DNA of 64,000 nucleotides from Bacteroidota bacterium (GTDB lineage Bacteria; Bacteroidota; Bacteroidia; Chitinophagales; UBA10324): NCBI GenBank assembly GCA_018267315.1, contig JAFDYS010000009.1, positions 110,786 to 174,785 of the forward strand, read 5' to 3'. Shown piece by piece: positions 18,571 to 28,682 of this stretch (position 1 is its first letter; each line of letters starts with the position of its first letter). The notes under the pieces were generated by a model. It saw only the letters and a program-made list of their open reading frames with translations, ran no database searches and was not told where the DNA came from. The position numbers and the translations under genes were made by a program.

Positions 18571-19971
18571 ATGAAGCAGTTTCTTCTTTTATGGGTGGCG
18601 GTGATTTCATTTGCTGCTCATGCACAAGTCACCCTCAATGTGGTGAGCGTGCCGGCCAACACGCCGCAAAACGATGACATCTTTGTTGCCGGAACATTCA
18701 ACGGCTGGGACCCCGGAAATGCCGGTTACAAACTCACCAAGATCAACAATGACTTTTATACGATCACGCTGGCGCCCGGCAGCGGAACCATTGAATTCAA
18801 ATTCACCCGGGGTGATTGGGTGCGCGTAGAATGCAAGGCCGATGGTTCATTTCTCCCCAACCGCACGTTCACCTACGGCAACGGTGATACCATCACCCTG
18901 AACATTGCCGGCTGGGAAGACCTGATAGGAGGCGGCGGACCTACTTCCACGGCTTTGCCAAACGTTTCGGTGATGGACCCTTCGTTTTACATGCCGGAAC
19001 TCAACCGTTACCGGAAAATCTGGATTTACCTGCCTGATGATTATTCAATGGCCACTTCTAAATATTACCCGGTGATTTACATGCAGGACGGACAAAACCT
19101 CTTCGATGATTCTACTTCCTTCAGCGGTGAGTGGGAAGTGGATGAAACACTGCACAACCTGCAAATGGACGGCAACTATGGCTGCATCGTTATAGGCATT
19201 GAGAACGGCGGCATTGACCGCATCAACGAATATTCTCCCTACTTCAATCCGTCATATGGCGGCGGGCAGGGCGATGAATACTGCGATTTTATCGTCAACA
19301 CACTTAAGCCCTACGTGGATTCGCATTACCGCACACTCTCTACGCGCGACTTTACTGCCGTGGCAGGAAGCTCCATGGGCGGATTAATTTCTTTTTATGC
19401 CGGCATGAAATACCAGGATGTGTTCAGCAAGATTGGAGTATTCTCCCCTTCCTTATGGTTTGATGATTCCCTTTACACGTTTGTGAGTGATCACGGGAAG
19501 CAGCAAACCATGCGCGTCTATTTTGTGGCCGGAAGAAATGAAAGCTCAGGCATGGTGCCGGACATTAAAAGCATGTACAATACCATGGCGGCCGAAGGAT
19601 TCACAGCAGAAGAAATGGACACCGTAATTAAGAACGATGGGCAGCATGCCGAGTGGTTCTGGGCGCTGGAATTCCAGGGCTGCTTCCTTTGGCTCTTTGC
19701 CAACACGATTATTTCCGTCGAAGACCTGAAGCCCGATTCCGTTTTCTCCATCTCACCCAATCCCGCAAAAGATCATCTGGTACTTCATTCCAAAACACCG
19801 ATGAAGAAGATCGAAGTGCAGATTTATGATGTGAACGGAAATGAAGTGCTTTCCTCACAGCAATCATTTTCAAAACCCGTGAAAGTGGACAAATTGCCCA
19901 ATGGGTTATACCTGTTGAAGGTGAGCGACGGAATTTTTACGGCAGCTAAAATTTTCGGGGTGCAGCGCTGA
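18571..19971 (+). CDS. Secreted esterase (alpha/beta hydrolase, enterochelin-esterase-like) with an N-terminal carbohydrate-binding-like domain and a T9SS sorting domain
   Basis: It has a signal peptide, a 'FVAGTFNGWDP' starch/glycogen-binding-like module, the nucleophile elbow 'GSSMGG', and a C-terminal 'GLYLLKVSDGIFTAAKIFGVQR' sorting domain. Confidence 0.65.
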   Translation: MKQFLLLWVAVISFAAHAQVTLNVVSVPANTPQNDDIFVAGTFNGWDPGNAGYKLTKINNDFYTITLAPGSGTIEFKFTRGDWVRVECKADGSFLPNRTFTYGNGDTITLNIAGWEDLIGGGGPTSTALPNVSVMDPSFYMPELNRYRKIWIYLPDDYSMATSKYYPVIYMQDGQNLFDDSTSFSGEWEVDETLHNLQMDGNYGCIVIGIENGGIDRINEYSPYFNPSYGGGQGDEYCDFIVNTLKPYVDSHYRTLSTRDFTAVAGSSMGGLISFYAGMKYQDVFSKIGVFSPSLWFDDSLYTFVSDHGKQQTMRVYFVAGRNESSGMVPDIKSMYNTMAAEGFTAEEMDTVIKNDGQHAEWFWALEFQGCFLWLFANTIISVEDLKPDSVFSISPNPAKDHLVLHSKTPMKKIEVQIYDVNGNEVLSSQQSFSKPVKVDKLPNGLYLLKVSDGIFTAAKIFGVQR

Positions 19972-19973
19972 GA

Positions 19974-20909
19974 TCAATGCTTCACTATGAAGCTGGCCTT
20001 GGCAATCGCTTCTCCGGAGTCATCACTGATCAGCAGAAAGTACTCTCCGTCTTCGAGTTGACTTACATCAATGCCTTTACTGTATTCGAGTTCCTGTTCA
20101 ATCACTGTTTTGCCCCATGTATCGTACACATAAACCATCCTGCCATACTTCTCCACTACCTCGTTGCTGATGTAAATCACATCTCCGGATGGATTGGGAG
20201 AGACTTTGAGTCCCAACTCATCTCCGTCAATGATGACGACGCCTGTCGAAACTTCATTAAACATGAAGTGATCCAGTTGCAGCCGGCTTCCTTTTTGGGG
20301 ATGGAGCATGCTGCCGGCATAACAAAAAATCGTTGCCGTATCGGGTAAATGGGTCGAAGTGTACATAACAGGGATCGAAAATGATTTCCAGGAATTCATC
20401 GGCTCTGCGGATCTGTAAAGACCTTGCCCAATGATTTCCCTGGAATGGGTAAATGGATTGTATTCTGAAAACTCAACAATGATGTAACAGCTGTCACCGG
20501 TTTCGACCGGCTGAAAAAGGATGTAGCCGTCGAGTGTTGCCGGCCTCAGGTTGTATGCGAAACCCGTGGTGTGATTCGCTTCATCCGATCCACTCACCAT
20601 CATGGCGCGAATCACAGAACCATCTTCCGCTTCTGTATTTTCAAGCTGAACGGCAAGCGCACCCTCTACGGCATCGGTGATAGCGCGAATAGGAACTTGC
20701 ACTGCCTGCGGAACAGAAACATTTTCGGTAAACCAACCAGATGGATTTTCTATTGAACCATTATCGGTCCAGTTTTCAAATGAAGCATTCGGGATTTGAG
20801 AAAATCCGTTGACAATGCTCCCGCCCACAATGGCAAGCGCGAGTAAAAATTTCATAGCACCCTCTGCGACAAACTTAGCAGAATTCACTTTCATTTTCAG
20901 TGATTTCAT
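19974..20909 (-). CDS. Hypothetical secreted protein with a T9SS C-terminal sorting domain
   Basis: It has a hydrophobic signal ('MKFLLALAIVGGSIVNGFSQ') and the C-terminus 'GEYFLLISDDSGEAIAKASFIVKH'. I chose the start at 'MKSLKM', which is uncertain. Confidence 0.45.
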   Translation of the reverse strand: MKSLKMKVNSAKFVAEGAMKFLLALAIVGGSIVNGFSQIPNASFENWTDNGSIENPSGWFTENVSVPQAVQVPIRAITDAVEGALAVQLENTEAEDGSVIRAMMVSGSDEANHTTGFAYNLRPATLDGYILFQPVETGDSCYIIVEFSEYNPFTHSREIIGQGLYRSAEPMNSWKSFSIPVMYTSTHLPDTATIFCYAGSMLHPQKGSRLQLDHFMFNEVSTGVVIIDGDELGLKVSPNPSGDVIYISNEVVEKYGRMVYVYDTWGKTVIEQELEYSKGIDVSQLEDGEYFLLISDDSGEAIAKASFIVKH

Positions 20910-21363
20910 TACGTTTTCCCCACCGGATTGTAGAAATCGAAATCCGGTGATGAAGATATACTGCGTGCTACGCATGATAATGACTCTACGTACCTGATTT
21001 GAAAAAGATTCTTACCGCAGATTGATTCAAATAATACATCCTGCCATCAGGACTTTCCAACTTTTTCCTCAATCATATGCCAATTATGCCTGTTGAGTGC
21101 GAATATGCTTGCCCTGTGTTTCGGTGATAAGAATTTTACACACTGAAATGAATCTGAAACCTGATGGAGAAGAAAGCGTTTTAAAAGGTTTGCGATATAA
21201 TTAAACCATCAACAAAAACAACCCAAATGACACAAATGACAATGAAACTCTTTGCCGGAAACCGATTCTATATTCTGGTGGCGCTCGTATTGTTAGCGGA
21301 ACTTGCTGTACTGGCAGCACTCCTGTGATTCTGACGAATCCTCCTTCATAATTACGGAATACA

Positions 21364-23868
21364 TCAGTGAATAATGGCCACTTTGCGGCTCAGGTCAAAT
21401 GAAGCCGAATGCAGCTGAAGTATGTAAGTACCGGCAGGCACACCCGCAACATTCCAACTGAATTGGCGGGTTGAAAAAATTTTGCGATGCTGTGTGATGG
21501 CGCCTGCCGAATTGATCAGGCGCATTTCTGCACCGGCAATGGTGCGGTCAAAAGAAATGGTGAGCACATCACTGGCCGGGTTAGGAAAACAACCAACAGA
21601 AACCAGCGGTGGCATCTCATCTACACCCACCGCATCTTCGAGCAGATCATTTTTATAAACACCATTGCCATGGGTGAAAGCCAGCAGCGTGTTGTCTGAC
21701 GGGGAAAGAACCAAATCCCAAATCATGGCGGCTTCAGGCAAACCATCCGCGTAGGTAAACCAGTCAGTTCCCCCGTTACTGGAAACATAAACACTGAGGT
21801 CGCAGCCGGCATAGATATTACTGGTGTGATCAGGATCAATCATCAGGCAATGAAACGGAACATCGGGCAACGACATGCTGATATCAACCCACGTTGATCC
21901 GGCATCTTCACTTTTAAAAATGTGTCCGCCTGCCGAGCCACTGAATCCTCCCATGACGGCATAAACAGTTTTAGCATCAACCGGATCCACGGTTATGCGC
22001 ATTACATACCGGTCGGGTAAATCACCGGTGATGTCTTCCTTGCTGCTTCCCCCGTTAAAACTCCGATACACGTGCATAGGATTTCCTTCCCTGGGAGCTG
22101 TAGCAAAGTAAACCGTGTCAGGATCATGGTATGAAACTCCAATGCTTAATATTGGGTTTTCATTATCGACAGGATCCGGCTGAACGGCATTCCATGAATT
22201 TGAATTACCGGAATTGGTGCTCTTGAGCAGCGTGGAAGTACCGGCATAAATCACGTTCGTTTCTGAAGCGCTCATAGCCAGCGGTGCAAGGAAAGCGGCG
22301 GGATTATAGCCATACGGGTCACTCGGTGATGAATACACATCAGAGAAAAAACTTCCGCCGTTGGTTGACTTGGCAATGTTCAGATACTGGTAGCAGCCGA
22401 ATTGAATGTTATCGTTATCAGGATTGATGAGATTGTAACAACCATCACCTCCCAGCGGATAATTCCAATACACGGAGCCGGTGTATTGCCGTGTGCCGTT
22501 ATCCTGCAGGCCCGAAAGCATGAGGGCCGCATCCTGATGCGAAACCGAGCCGATGTAATGCTGACTGGTTACATATCCATCCGTGCATTCCGTCCAGTTG
22601 TTGCCGGTGAAACTGTTGCTCCGGTACAAGCCGCCATCGGTAATCACGTATACTTTGTTTGCATCAAGCGGATTGGAAATGATATCATGAATATCAGAAT
22701 GCACAGAACCGAAAGAAGAAAAACTCCCGCCAGAGTTGGTGGACTTATACAGGTACACCCCGCCGGCCAGCACTCTGGTTGCATCATCGGCCTTAATCAG
22801 TAATCCTTTGGAATACCATCCCTGCCATTGCATAATATCTGCCGTTGATTTCAGCGTCCATGAATCACCGCCGTCTTCGGAGCGGTAAACGCCCACGGTG
22901 CTATACCTGTTTCCGATGATCGCCATCAGTATGTTGTGATTGCCTGCACATGACGAAATAGTAATCCTTCCATCATGAGTATTGGAAGGCAATCCATTCG
23001 TCAGCAGTTCCCAGGTATTGCCTCCATCCTGTGTTCTGTAAATTCCTTTGTCACCACTGTCTTCATTTCCCACACCGGCAAATACAACATTGGTATCTAC
23101 GGGATCAATGGAAATATCCATCACCATCAGTTTATCCAGCACATTTGACCAGGTATCGCCTCCGTCATGACTTCGGTAAATGCCTTCCGTAGTGGCCGCA
23201 TAAAGCACCGCAGGGTTTGACGGATTGTAGACAATGTCCCACACACCGCGGTTATTCTGATACGTCCAGTCCAGCACTTTCTCCCATGTGGTTCCGCCGT
23301 CCTTCGATCTCAGGATGCCGATGCCGAAACTTCCTCTTTGGGTGCGGTCATCCAATCCGCTGGTTGATGTGCCGTATGAATAGGTTTCTCCCGTGCCGAT
23401 GAGCATTTCATTGTGATCATTCGGATTGATGGCAATCGCTCCCACACCCAATACCGGAAATCCGGTGGGTACCTGTTGCCAGGCATTCACCCCGATTCCA
23501 CCTGTAGTTGACTTCCACAATCCGCCGCTGGCCGAACCCAGCCACACCACGGAAGTATCCGCAGGATCAATGGCAATACTCACCGTTCTTCCTCCCACGT
23601 TATTGGGGCCAATACTTTGCCAGGCGGTTCGGGTAGATGGATGCTTTGCCATGGCAAAATGGTGAAGCCAGGCCTTGCCATAACCGGCCGGTGGTATATC
23701 AGCTTCCGGAAACGCTGCCGCGGCAGTAACAAAAGTCAGTGCATCATAGGCCTCCCGCGGATTTTCTTCCCACATCATGTGCGCAGGCGTTTCACGATTG
23801 GCAAGGAAGAGAAGCCAAGGCGTTGTAATCGTAAGCAGCGTAAGAATGGCCGGCAGGATTTTTTTCAT
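21364..23868 (-). CDS. BNR/Asp-box multi-propeller protein (GH74/sortilin-like) with a T9SS sorting domain
   Basis: Many SxDxGxTW boxes are present ('SKDGGTTW', 'SHDGGDTW', 'TQDGGNTW', 'SEDGGDSW', 'SEDAGSTW', 'SNGGTDW'). The signal peptide is at the internal start 'MKKILPAILTLL', and the C-terminus 'GTYILQLHSASFDLSRKVAIIH' is a sorting domain. Confidence 0.6.
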   Translation of the reverse strand: MKKILPAILTLLTITTPWLLFLANRETPAHMMWEENPREAYDALTFVTAAAAFPEADIPPAGYGKAWLHHFAMAKHPSTRTAWQSIGPNNVGGRTVSIAIDPADTSVVWLGSASGGLWKSTTGGIGVNAWQQVPTGFPVLGVGAIAINPNDHNEMLIGTGETYSYGTSTSGLDDRTQRGSFGIGILRSKDGGTTWEKVLDWTYQNNRGVWDIVYNPSNPAVLYAATTEGIYRSHDGGDTWSNVLDKLMVMDISIDPVDTNVVFAGVGNEDSGDKGIYRTQDGGNTWELLTNGLPSNTHDGRITISSCAGNHNILMAIIGNRYSTVGVYRSEDGGDSWTLKSTADIMQWQGWYSKGLLIKADDATRVLAGGVYLYKSTNSGGSFSSFGSVHSDIHDIISNPLDANKVYVITDGGLYRSNSFTGNNWTECTDGYVTSQHYIGSVSHQDAALMLSGLQDNGTRQYTGSVYWNYPLGGDGCYNLINPDNDNIQFGCYQYLNIAKSTNGGSFFSDVYSSPSDPYGYNPAAFLAPLAMSASETNVIYAGTSTLLKSTNSGNSNSWNAVQPDPVDNENPILSIGVSYHDPDTVYFATAPREGNPMHVYRSFNGGSSKEDITGDLPDRYVMRITVDPVDAKTVYAVMGGFSGSAGGHIFKSEDAGSTWVDISMSLPDVPFHCLMIDPDHTSNIYAGCDLSVYVSSNGGTDWFTYADGLPEAAMIWDLVLSPSDNTLLAFTHGNGVYKNDLLEDAVGVDEMPPLVSVGCFPNPASDVLTISFDRTIAGAEMRLINSAGAITQHRKIFSTRQFSWNVAGVPAGTYILQLHSASFDLSRKVAIIH

Positions 23869-23997
23869 TCGAATTGATTGATGAATCAAAATACGGGTAT
23901 CGCCGGGATCAAACAAAGAAAATTCTGTGTGCAGAATGGGCGCATGGATTTGATGCGTTGCAGTTACGATGTCTATTTTTGCGACACCGGACCGTTC

Positions 23998-25377
23998 ATG
24001 GCATCCACACAACAATCATTTTTAGAAGCGGCACATAAGACTGCGGCCGATAAGGAGCTTCATCGCAAACTGAATTACAACATCGGCAAGTATGCTGATA
24101 CGGTAAAGAAGGGCAAGCTTCAGTATCACGATCTGGAACTCGCTAAACAGCGCGCCAAGAACCTGAAGTGGAAAGCCATCTCCAACCTCGACAAATACCT
24201 CATCGAGTTTGAATCCAATTTTACGAAACGCGGCGGCAGGGTCGTGTGGGCCGAGAATGCGGAGGAAGCGTTGGCTGAAATCAAGTCCGTCATGAAACGG
24301 GTAAATGCACGCAGTGTGGTGAAGTCAAAGTCCATGACTACGGAGGAAGTTCACCTCAACGACTTTCTTGAAAAGATGAATGTGGAAGTGGTGGAGACCG
24401 ATCTGGGTGAATACATTCAGCAGCTCGATGGTGAACCGCCCTTTCACATTGTAACTCCGGCCATGCATAAATCGAAAGAAGATGTGGCCCGCGTATTCAA
24501 CGAAAAGCTGGGAACGCCCATCACACTCACCCCGCAGGAACTCACTATGGAGGCGCGCGGCCGGCTTCGCGAAAAGTATGTGAAAGCTGATGTCGGTATT
24601 ACCGGCGCCAATTTCATATTGCCTGATGTTGGCGGTGTGCTGGTGCTGGAAAATGAAGGCAATGCACGGCTCACGGTCACTTTCCCGAAAGTGCATATCG
24701 TTATTGTGGGAATTGAAAAAGTGATTCCGTCGGTGAATGATCTTCCCTTATTTCTTCCGCTGTTGGCCACATTCGGCACCGGCCAAAAAGTGACTGTATA
24801 CAATACGATCCTCAGCGGCCCGCGGCAGGAAGGGGAAGTGGACGGGCCTGATGAAATGATCGTAATCCTGATGGATAACGGACGCAGCCACCTGCTTGCA
24901 GAAGCAGAACAGCGCGAGGCATTGTATTGCATCCGTTGCGGCGCCTGCCTCAATGCCTGTCCCATTTACAAGAATATCGGCGGACATGCTTATCAAACCA
25001 CTTACAGCGGGCCGATCGGCTCGGTGATTACCCCGCATTTCAAAGGCATGGAAGAATTCAAGCATCTGAGCTATGCCTCATCGCTGTGCGGTAATTGCAC
25101 GGAAGTATGCCCTATGAAGATCAACCTGCACAACCTGCTTGTGTTTAATCGCCGTGATGCAGTAAAACAGGGTGACTACAATTCGGCCGAGAAGTTTGGC
25201 TGGAATCTCTGGAAGCGAAGCATGCTTTCACGAAAGCTCATGGATCTTGCCGGTTCAAAAATGAAGAACCGTGCTCTTAAATATCTCTTTTCCAAATCAT
25301 GGGGCACTCACCGCGAAATGATTGAAGTGGCTCCCAAATCGTTCAGTGAAATGTGGAAGGAACGGGAAACTCATTGA
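23998..25377 (+). CDS. lutB: LutB-like iron-sulfur lactate-utilisation protein (LUD domain plus 4Fe-4S dicluster)
   Basis: 'CIRCGACLNACPIY' and 'CGNCTEVCPMKI' are ferredoxin-type motifs following a LUD-type domain. I chose the internal start 'MASTQQSF'. Confidence 0.65.
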   Translation: MASTQQSFLEAAHKTAADKELHRKLNYNIGKYADTVKKGKLQYHDLELAKQRAKNLKWKAISNLDKYLIEFESNFTKRGGRVVWAENAEEALAEIKSVMKRVNARSVVKSKSMTTEEVHLNDFLEKMNVEVVETDLGEYIQQLDGEPPFHIVTPAMHKSKEDVARVFNEKLGTPITLTPQELTMEARGRLREKYVKADVGITGANFILPDVGGVLVLENEGNARLTVTFPKVHIVIVGIEKVIPSVNDLPLFLPLLATFGTGQKVTVYNTILSGPRQEGEVDGPDEMIVILMDNGRSHLLAEAEQREALYCIRCGACLNACPIYKNIGGHAYQTTYSGPIGSVITPHFKGMEEFKHLSYASSLCGNCTEVCPMKINLHNLLVFNRRDAVKQGDYNSAEKFGWNLWKRSMLSRKLMDLAGSKMKNRALKYLFSKSWGTHREMIEVAPKSFSEMWKERETH

Positions 25378-25562
25378 ATTTCCGCTACGGCTTCGGCTTC
25401 CACCACTGAATAAATCATATCTCTCTTCCTTTTCTTACCGGTTCTGAATCTTTGACCACAGGGCTGCGTAACAGAATTCCCCTTGTAAACCCGACATATG
25501 TTATGATATCACCCTAATATCTTATAAGCACCAAATCCACCAACCCACGTTACCCCAGTTCT

Positions 25563-28500
25563 ATGAAGAAGATTTTACCACCTATTCTGGTTCTATTGCT
25601 ATGCCATATACAAAGCAGCGCTGCTGTTTCCCAGGTGAATGCTTCATATCAAAGCGGGCAGGTCTTCATCACATGGAATAACATTTCAAATACCAACGCT
25701 TACTACAAAGTTTACCGCTCCAACACCGCTATAAATTACGGAAGTCAATTATCCGGTTGCGAGTACCTCGGACTTACTAATTCCAAATCAGCCATTGATA
25801 ACAACCTCACGCAGCATGATAATATTGACCGCTACCTCCACATCACTTCATCGGCACCGGCGCTCACTTCAGGTACGGGCTTATTTGTCGCAACCACATT
25901 GGTGAACGGCAGTTATTACTATGCCGTTACCACTTTGATTGATGGAACGGAAGACACAACAATCATACAGGGCTCCAACTCCACCGTTTCAGCAGTAGAT
26001 GAGTGGGTGATGAAGCCCCAACCGGTTTTGCAGGAGACCAGAACCATCAGCGGAAAGCCGGTAGAAATTTATACGCTCTTTGTGAGTTCCAAATTTGATG
26101 TTACCCGGTCACCGTGGCTTAAGGCCGGATTTCTGCCATTTGATTTTGCCGTTTACCGGAACAATGCTGTGGCCAATGCACCGCTAAAAATATTTCTGCA
26201 CCCCGGCGGAGGTTCCTTTCTCGATGACATCACTACCACCACCGCTGACGAGATCAATCTGTATCCCGAAGATTATTATCCTGATGAATTGGTTGATCCT
26301 GCCTGGTGGGGAAGCAATGAGAATTTTGATGTGTATAATGATGCAAATAATGCCACACCGCCAACCAGCGGAATCAATTACAACTATACGCAACTGCGGC
26401 TGAGCGCCATCATTGATTGGGCCATTCGCGCCCTGCCTGTTGACAGCAACCGCATTTACCTGCGATCAAACAGTCAGGGTTCACCCGGCGCTTACTTATA
26501 TACCATTACCTATCCTGAACGGATTGCCGCCGCGCAATTTGCCAACGGCATCTTCAACCTTACTTATGATAATGACTGGCAAACCAACTGCACATTTAAC
26601 ACCGGCAAAAAGAACAGGAAGAAAGTAGATCAGCGGATGGGTGATCTTGCATCCAATCTGCAAACTTTCATTGAACTCAATACCAATCAGGTTTTCAACG
26701 GTGCCTGGATGATTCATAATAACCAGCAACGTGACCTGCCCGTGATCTACAGTATTAACGGTAAAAATGATCTGCTGATGGGATGGACAGAGAAAACGAT
26801 TTACTATGATTCAGTGGATCAAAATCATTGCGGCGGCTATTACTTCTGGGATAACCGTGATCATGGAGGAAACACCGGCGTTACCTGGGGAGATGGAAAT
26901 TTCAATCTCTTCCGCTACAAGCGAAATGCTTCATACCCGGCATTTGCTCATTGCACACTGAATGAAGATTTCGGAAACGGGAATGGAACCTCCGGCGCCG
27001 ACCACGGCACAGTCAATGGCGCACTGGATTGGAGCGACAGCATAACCGATGAAGAAGCTGAGTGGATGGTAAAGCTATTCGTGCGAAATCTCGTTGATAA
27101 TTCGAATCATATCATTGTCTATGCAGATTCTGCCACTGCCGATATTACTCCGCGCCGTTTGCAGAATTTTCATCCGGCTCCGGGCACTGTCATTTCGTAC
27201 ACGGTGACCCACCTGCAGCAGACCGTTCAAAGCGGAACATTTACTTACAACGGCGGCATCATCGTTATACCCGGCGTGAAGATTTACCGTGATACATCGG
27301 CGCTTTCACTTTCCGTGATGCCGCTTAATACCTACTTCCGCGATGAGGACGGTGACGGGCGCGGTAACCCCAATCTATATATTCAGGCAGTGACTATGAT
27401 GCCCGGGTACGTAACAAATAATCTCGATTGCAATGACTCGGATGCATACATTAATCCGACAGCAACAGAAATCTGCAACGGCATAGATGATAATTGCAAC
27501 GGTAGTGTGGATGAAGGCGTGACAAGCGTTTTCTATGCAGATGATGATCACGACGGCTTTGGTAATTCAATGATAACAACAACAGGTTGCACGGCCCCTC
27601 CGGGTTACGTGAGCAACAGCACGGATTGCAACGATGCGAATGCGATGGTGAATCCGGCATCTGCCGAGGTGTGTAATGCGCTGGACGATGACTGTGATGC
27701 TGCCATTGATGAAGGCATCGGTTCGGTATTCTATTACGATTCTGACCGGGATGGATACGGCAATATCAATGTGACCACGATGGCGTGCAGTGCGCCATCC
27801 GGCTATGTAAGCAACAGCACGGATTGCAATGATCTAAATGCTTCCGTTTACCCGTCTGCTGCAGAACTATGCAATTCGGTTGATGATAACTGCAACGGTT
27901 TAATTGATGACGGTGTTATCAGTGCTGCCGTTTCTCCCTATGGTACCGTAAGTGTTTGTAAAAAAGTTCGTGTTACACTGACGGCCAATGTAACCGGCAC
28001 GGCCATCAGCTATCAATGGAAGAAAAATGGAAACAACATCTCCGGCGCGACCAGTACTACCTACCTGACGGGTGAAAACGACGCTGCCACATTCAGTGTG
28101 GTGGTTACCGCTTCCGGCGGATGTACATCAGCTTCAGCGGGTGTGATCATTACGCGCCTTGCCAATCCCACGGTAAGTATGAGCGCTACCGGCAACCTGG
28201 ACATTTGCGGAATTGGAAACGTGACGCTCAAAGCTTCAGCAAACACTACCTGCACCTATCAATGGATTAAGGATGCGTATGCCATAGGCGGAGCGACAAC
28301 TGCCAAGTACAAAGCCACGCAAACCGGCAGTTACAGCGTAGTAGGCACCAACTCATCCGGTTGCAGCACCACAGCGGGGCCCGAAATAGTCATCTCCACA
28401 TGCCGTGAATCAGTCGATGAGTCCGATTCAATGAATGATTTTGTAATTGCTCCCAATCCCAACAACGGTGATTTTATGGTTCAGTTTAATGCACCGGTGA

Positions 28501-28682
28501 AAGCTGGCGAACTTATCTGCGTCTTTGATATTACAGGAAGGAAATACAACACTATTAAAACCGATGATGCGGCTTCTTCAATTCCTGTTCACCTCGGAAA
28601 CCTTCAGCAGGGAATATATTTCCTTGAATGGAGAACGAATGATCAGACCTACACGAAGAAATTCGTGGTCAACGGAAACTGA
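25563..28682 (+). CDS. Large secreted multidomain protein: MopE-type putative metal-binding repeats, Ig-like repeats and a T9SS sorting domain
   Basis: It has a signal peptide, three Cys/Asp-rich repeats, two 'Y(Q)W.K.G..I.GAT...Y' Ig-like modules, and the C-terminus 'GIYFLEWRTNDQTYTKKFVVNGN'. Confidence 0.55.
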   Translation: MKKILPPILVLLLCHIQSSAAVSQVNASYQSGQVFITWNNISNTNAYYKVYRSNTAINYGSQLSGCEYLGLTNSKSAIDNNLTQHDNIDRYLHITSSAPALTSGTGLFVATTLVNGSYYYAVTTLIDGTEDTTIIQGSNSTVSAVDEWVMKPQPVLQETRTISGKPVEIYTLFVSSKFDVTRSPWLKAGFLPFDFAVYRNNAVANAPLKIFLHPGGGSFLDDITTTTADEINLYPEDYYPDELVDPAWWGSNENFDVYNDANNATPPTSGINYNYTQLRLSAIIDWAIRALPVDSNRIYLRSNSQGSPGAYLYTITYPERIAAAQFANGIFNLTYDNDWQTNCTFNTGKKNRKKVDQRMGDLASNLQTFIELNTNQVFNGAWMIHNNQQRDLPVIYSINGKNDLLMGWTEKTIYYDSVDQNHCGGYYFWDNRDHGGNTGVTWGDGNFNLFRYKRNASYPAFAHCTLNEDFGNGNGTSGADHGTVNGALDWSDSITDEEAEWMVKLFVRNLVDNSNHIIVYADSATADITPRRLQNFHPAPGTVISYTVTHLQQTVQSGTFTYNGGIIVIPGVKIYRDTSALSLSVMPLNTYFRDEDGDGRGNPNLYIQAVTMMPGYVTNNLDCNDSDAYINPTATEICNGIDDNCNGSVDEGVTSVFYADDDHDGFGNSMITTTGCTAPPGYVSNSTDCNDANAMVNPASAEVCNALDDDCDAAIDEGIGSVFYYDSDRDGYGNINVTTMACSAPSGYVSNSTDCNDLNASVYPSAAELCNSVDDNCNGLIDDGVISAAVSPYGTVSVCKKVRVTLTANVTGTAISYQWKKNGNNISGATSTTYLTGENDAATFSVVVTASGGCTSASAGVIITRLANPTVSMSATGNLDICGIGNVTLKASANTTCTYQWIKDAYAIGGATTAKYKATQTGSYSVVGTNSSGCSTTAGPEIVISTCRESVDESDSMNDFVIAPNPNNGDFMVQFNAPVKAGELICVFDITGRKYNTIKTDDAASSIPVHLGNLQQGIYFLEWRTNDQTYTKKFVVNGN
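27333..27915 (+). repeat. Three tandem ~63-aa coding repeats (MopE-like putative metal-binding motif)
   Basis: The three units are 'YFRDEDGDGRGN...DCNDSDAYINP.ATEICNGIDDNCNGSVDEG', 'FYADDDHDGFGN...DCNDANAMVNP.SAEVCNALDDDCDAAIDEG' and 'FYYDSDRDGYGN...DCNDLNASVYP.AAELCNSVDDNCNGLIDDG'. Confidence 0.65.

Noticed and set aside
21227-21328. 33-codon ORF 'MTQMTMKLFAGNRFYILVALVLLAELAVLAALL' (single hydrophobic helix) in a 388-nt intergenic region
   Set aside because: It could be a small membrane peptide. However, it is on the opposite strand to both neighbours, has no promoter or conservation evidence that I can assess, and is too short to tell from chance.
23869-24015. N-terminal extensions of the divergent BNR gene (to 24015) and the lutB-like gene (from 23878), which would overlap each other
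   Set aside because: The internal starts give a proper signal peptide ('MKKILPAILTLL', 23868) and a normal LutB N-terminus ('MASTQQSF', 23998). They also leave a 129-nt divergent promoter region.
23998-25377. lutB-like gene without adjacent lutA or lutC as a possible anomaly
   Set aside because: The partner genes may simply lie elsewhere, and nothing in the sequence itself is unusual.
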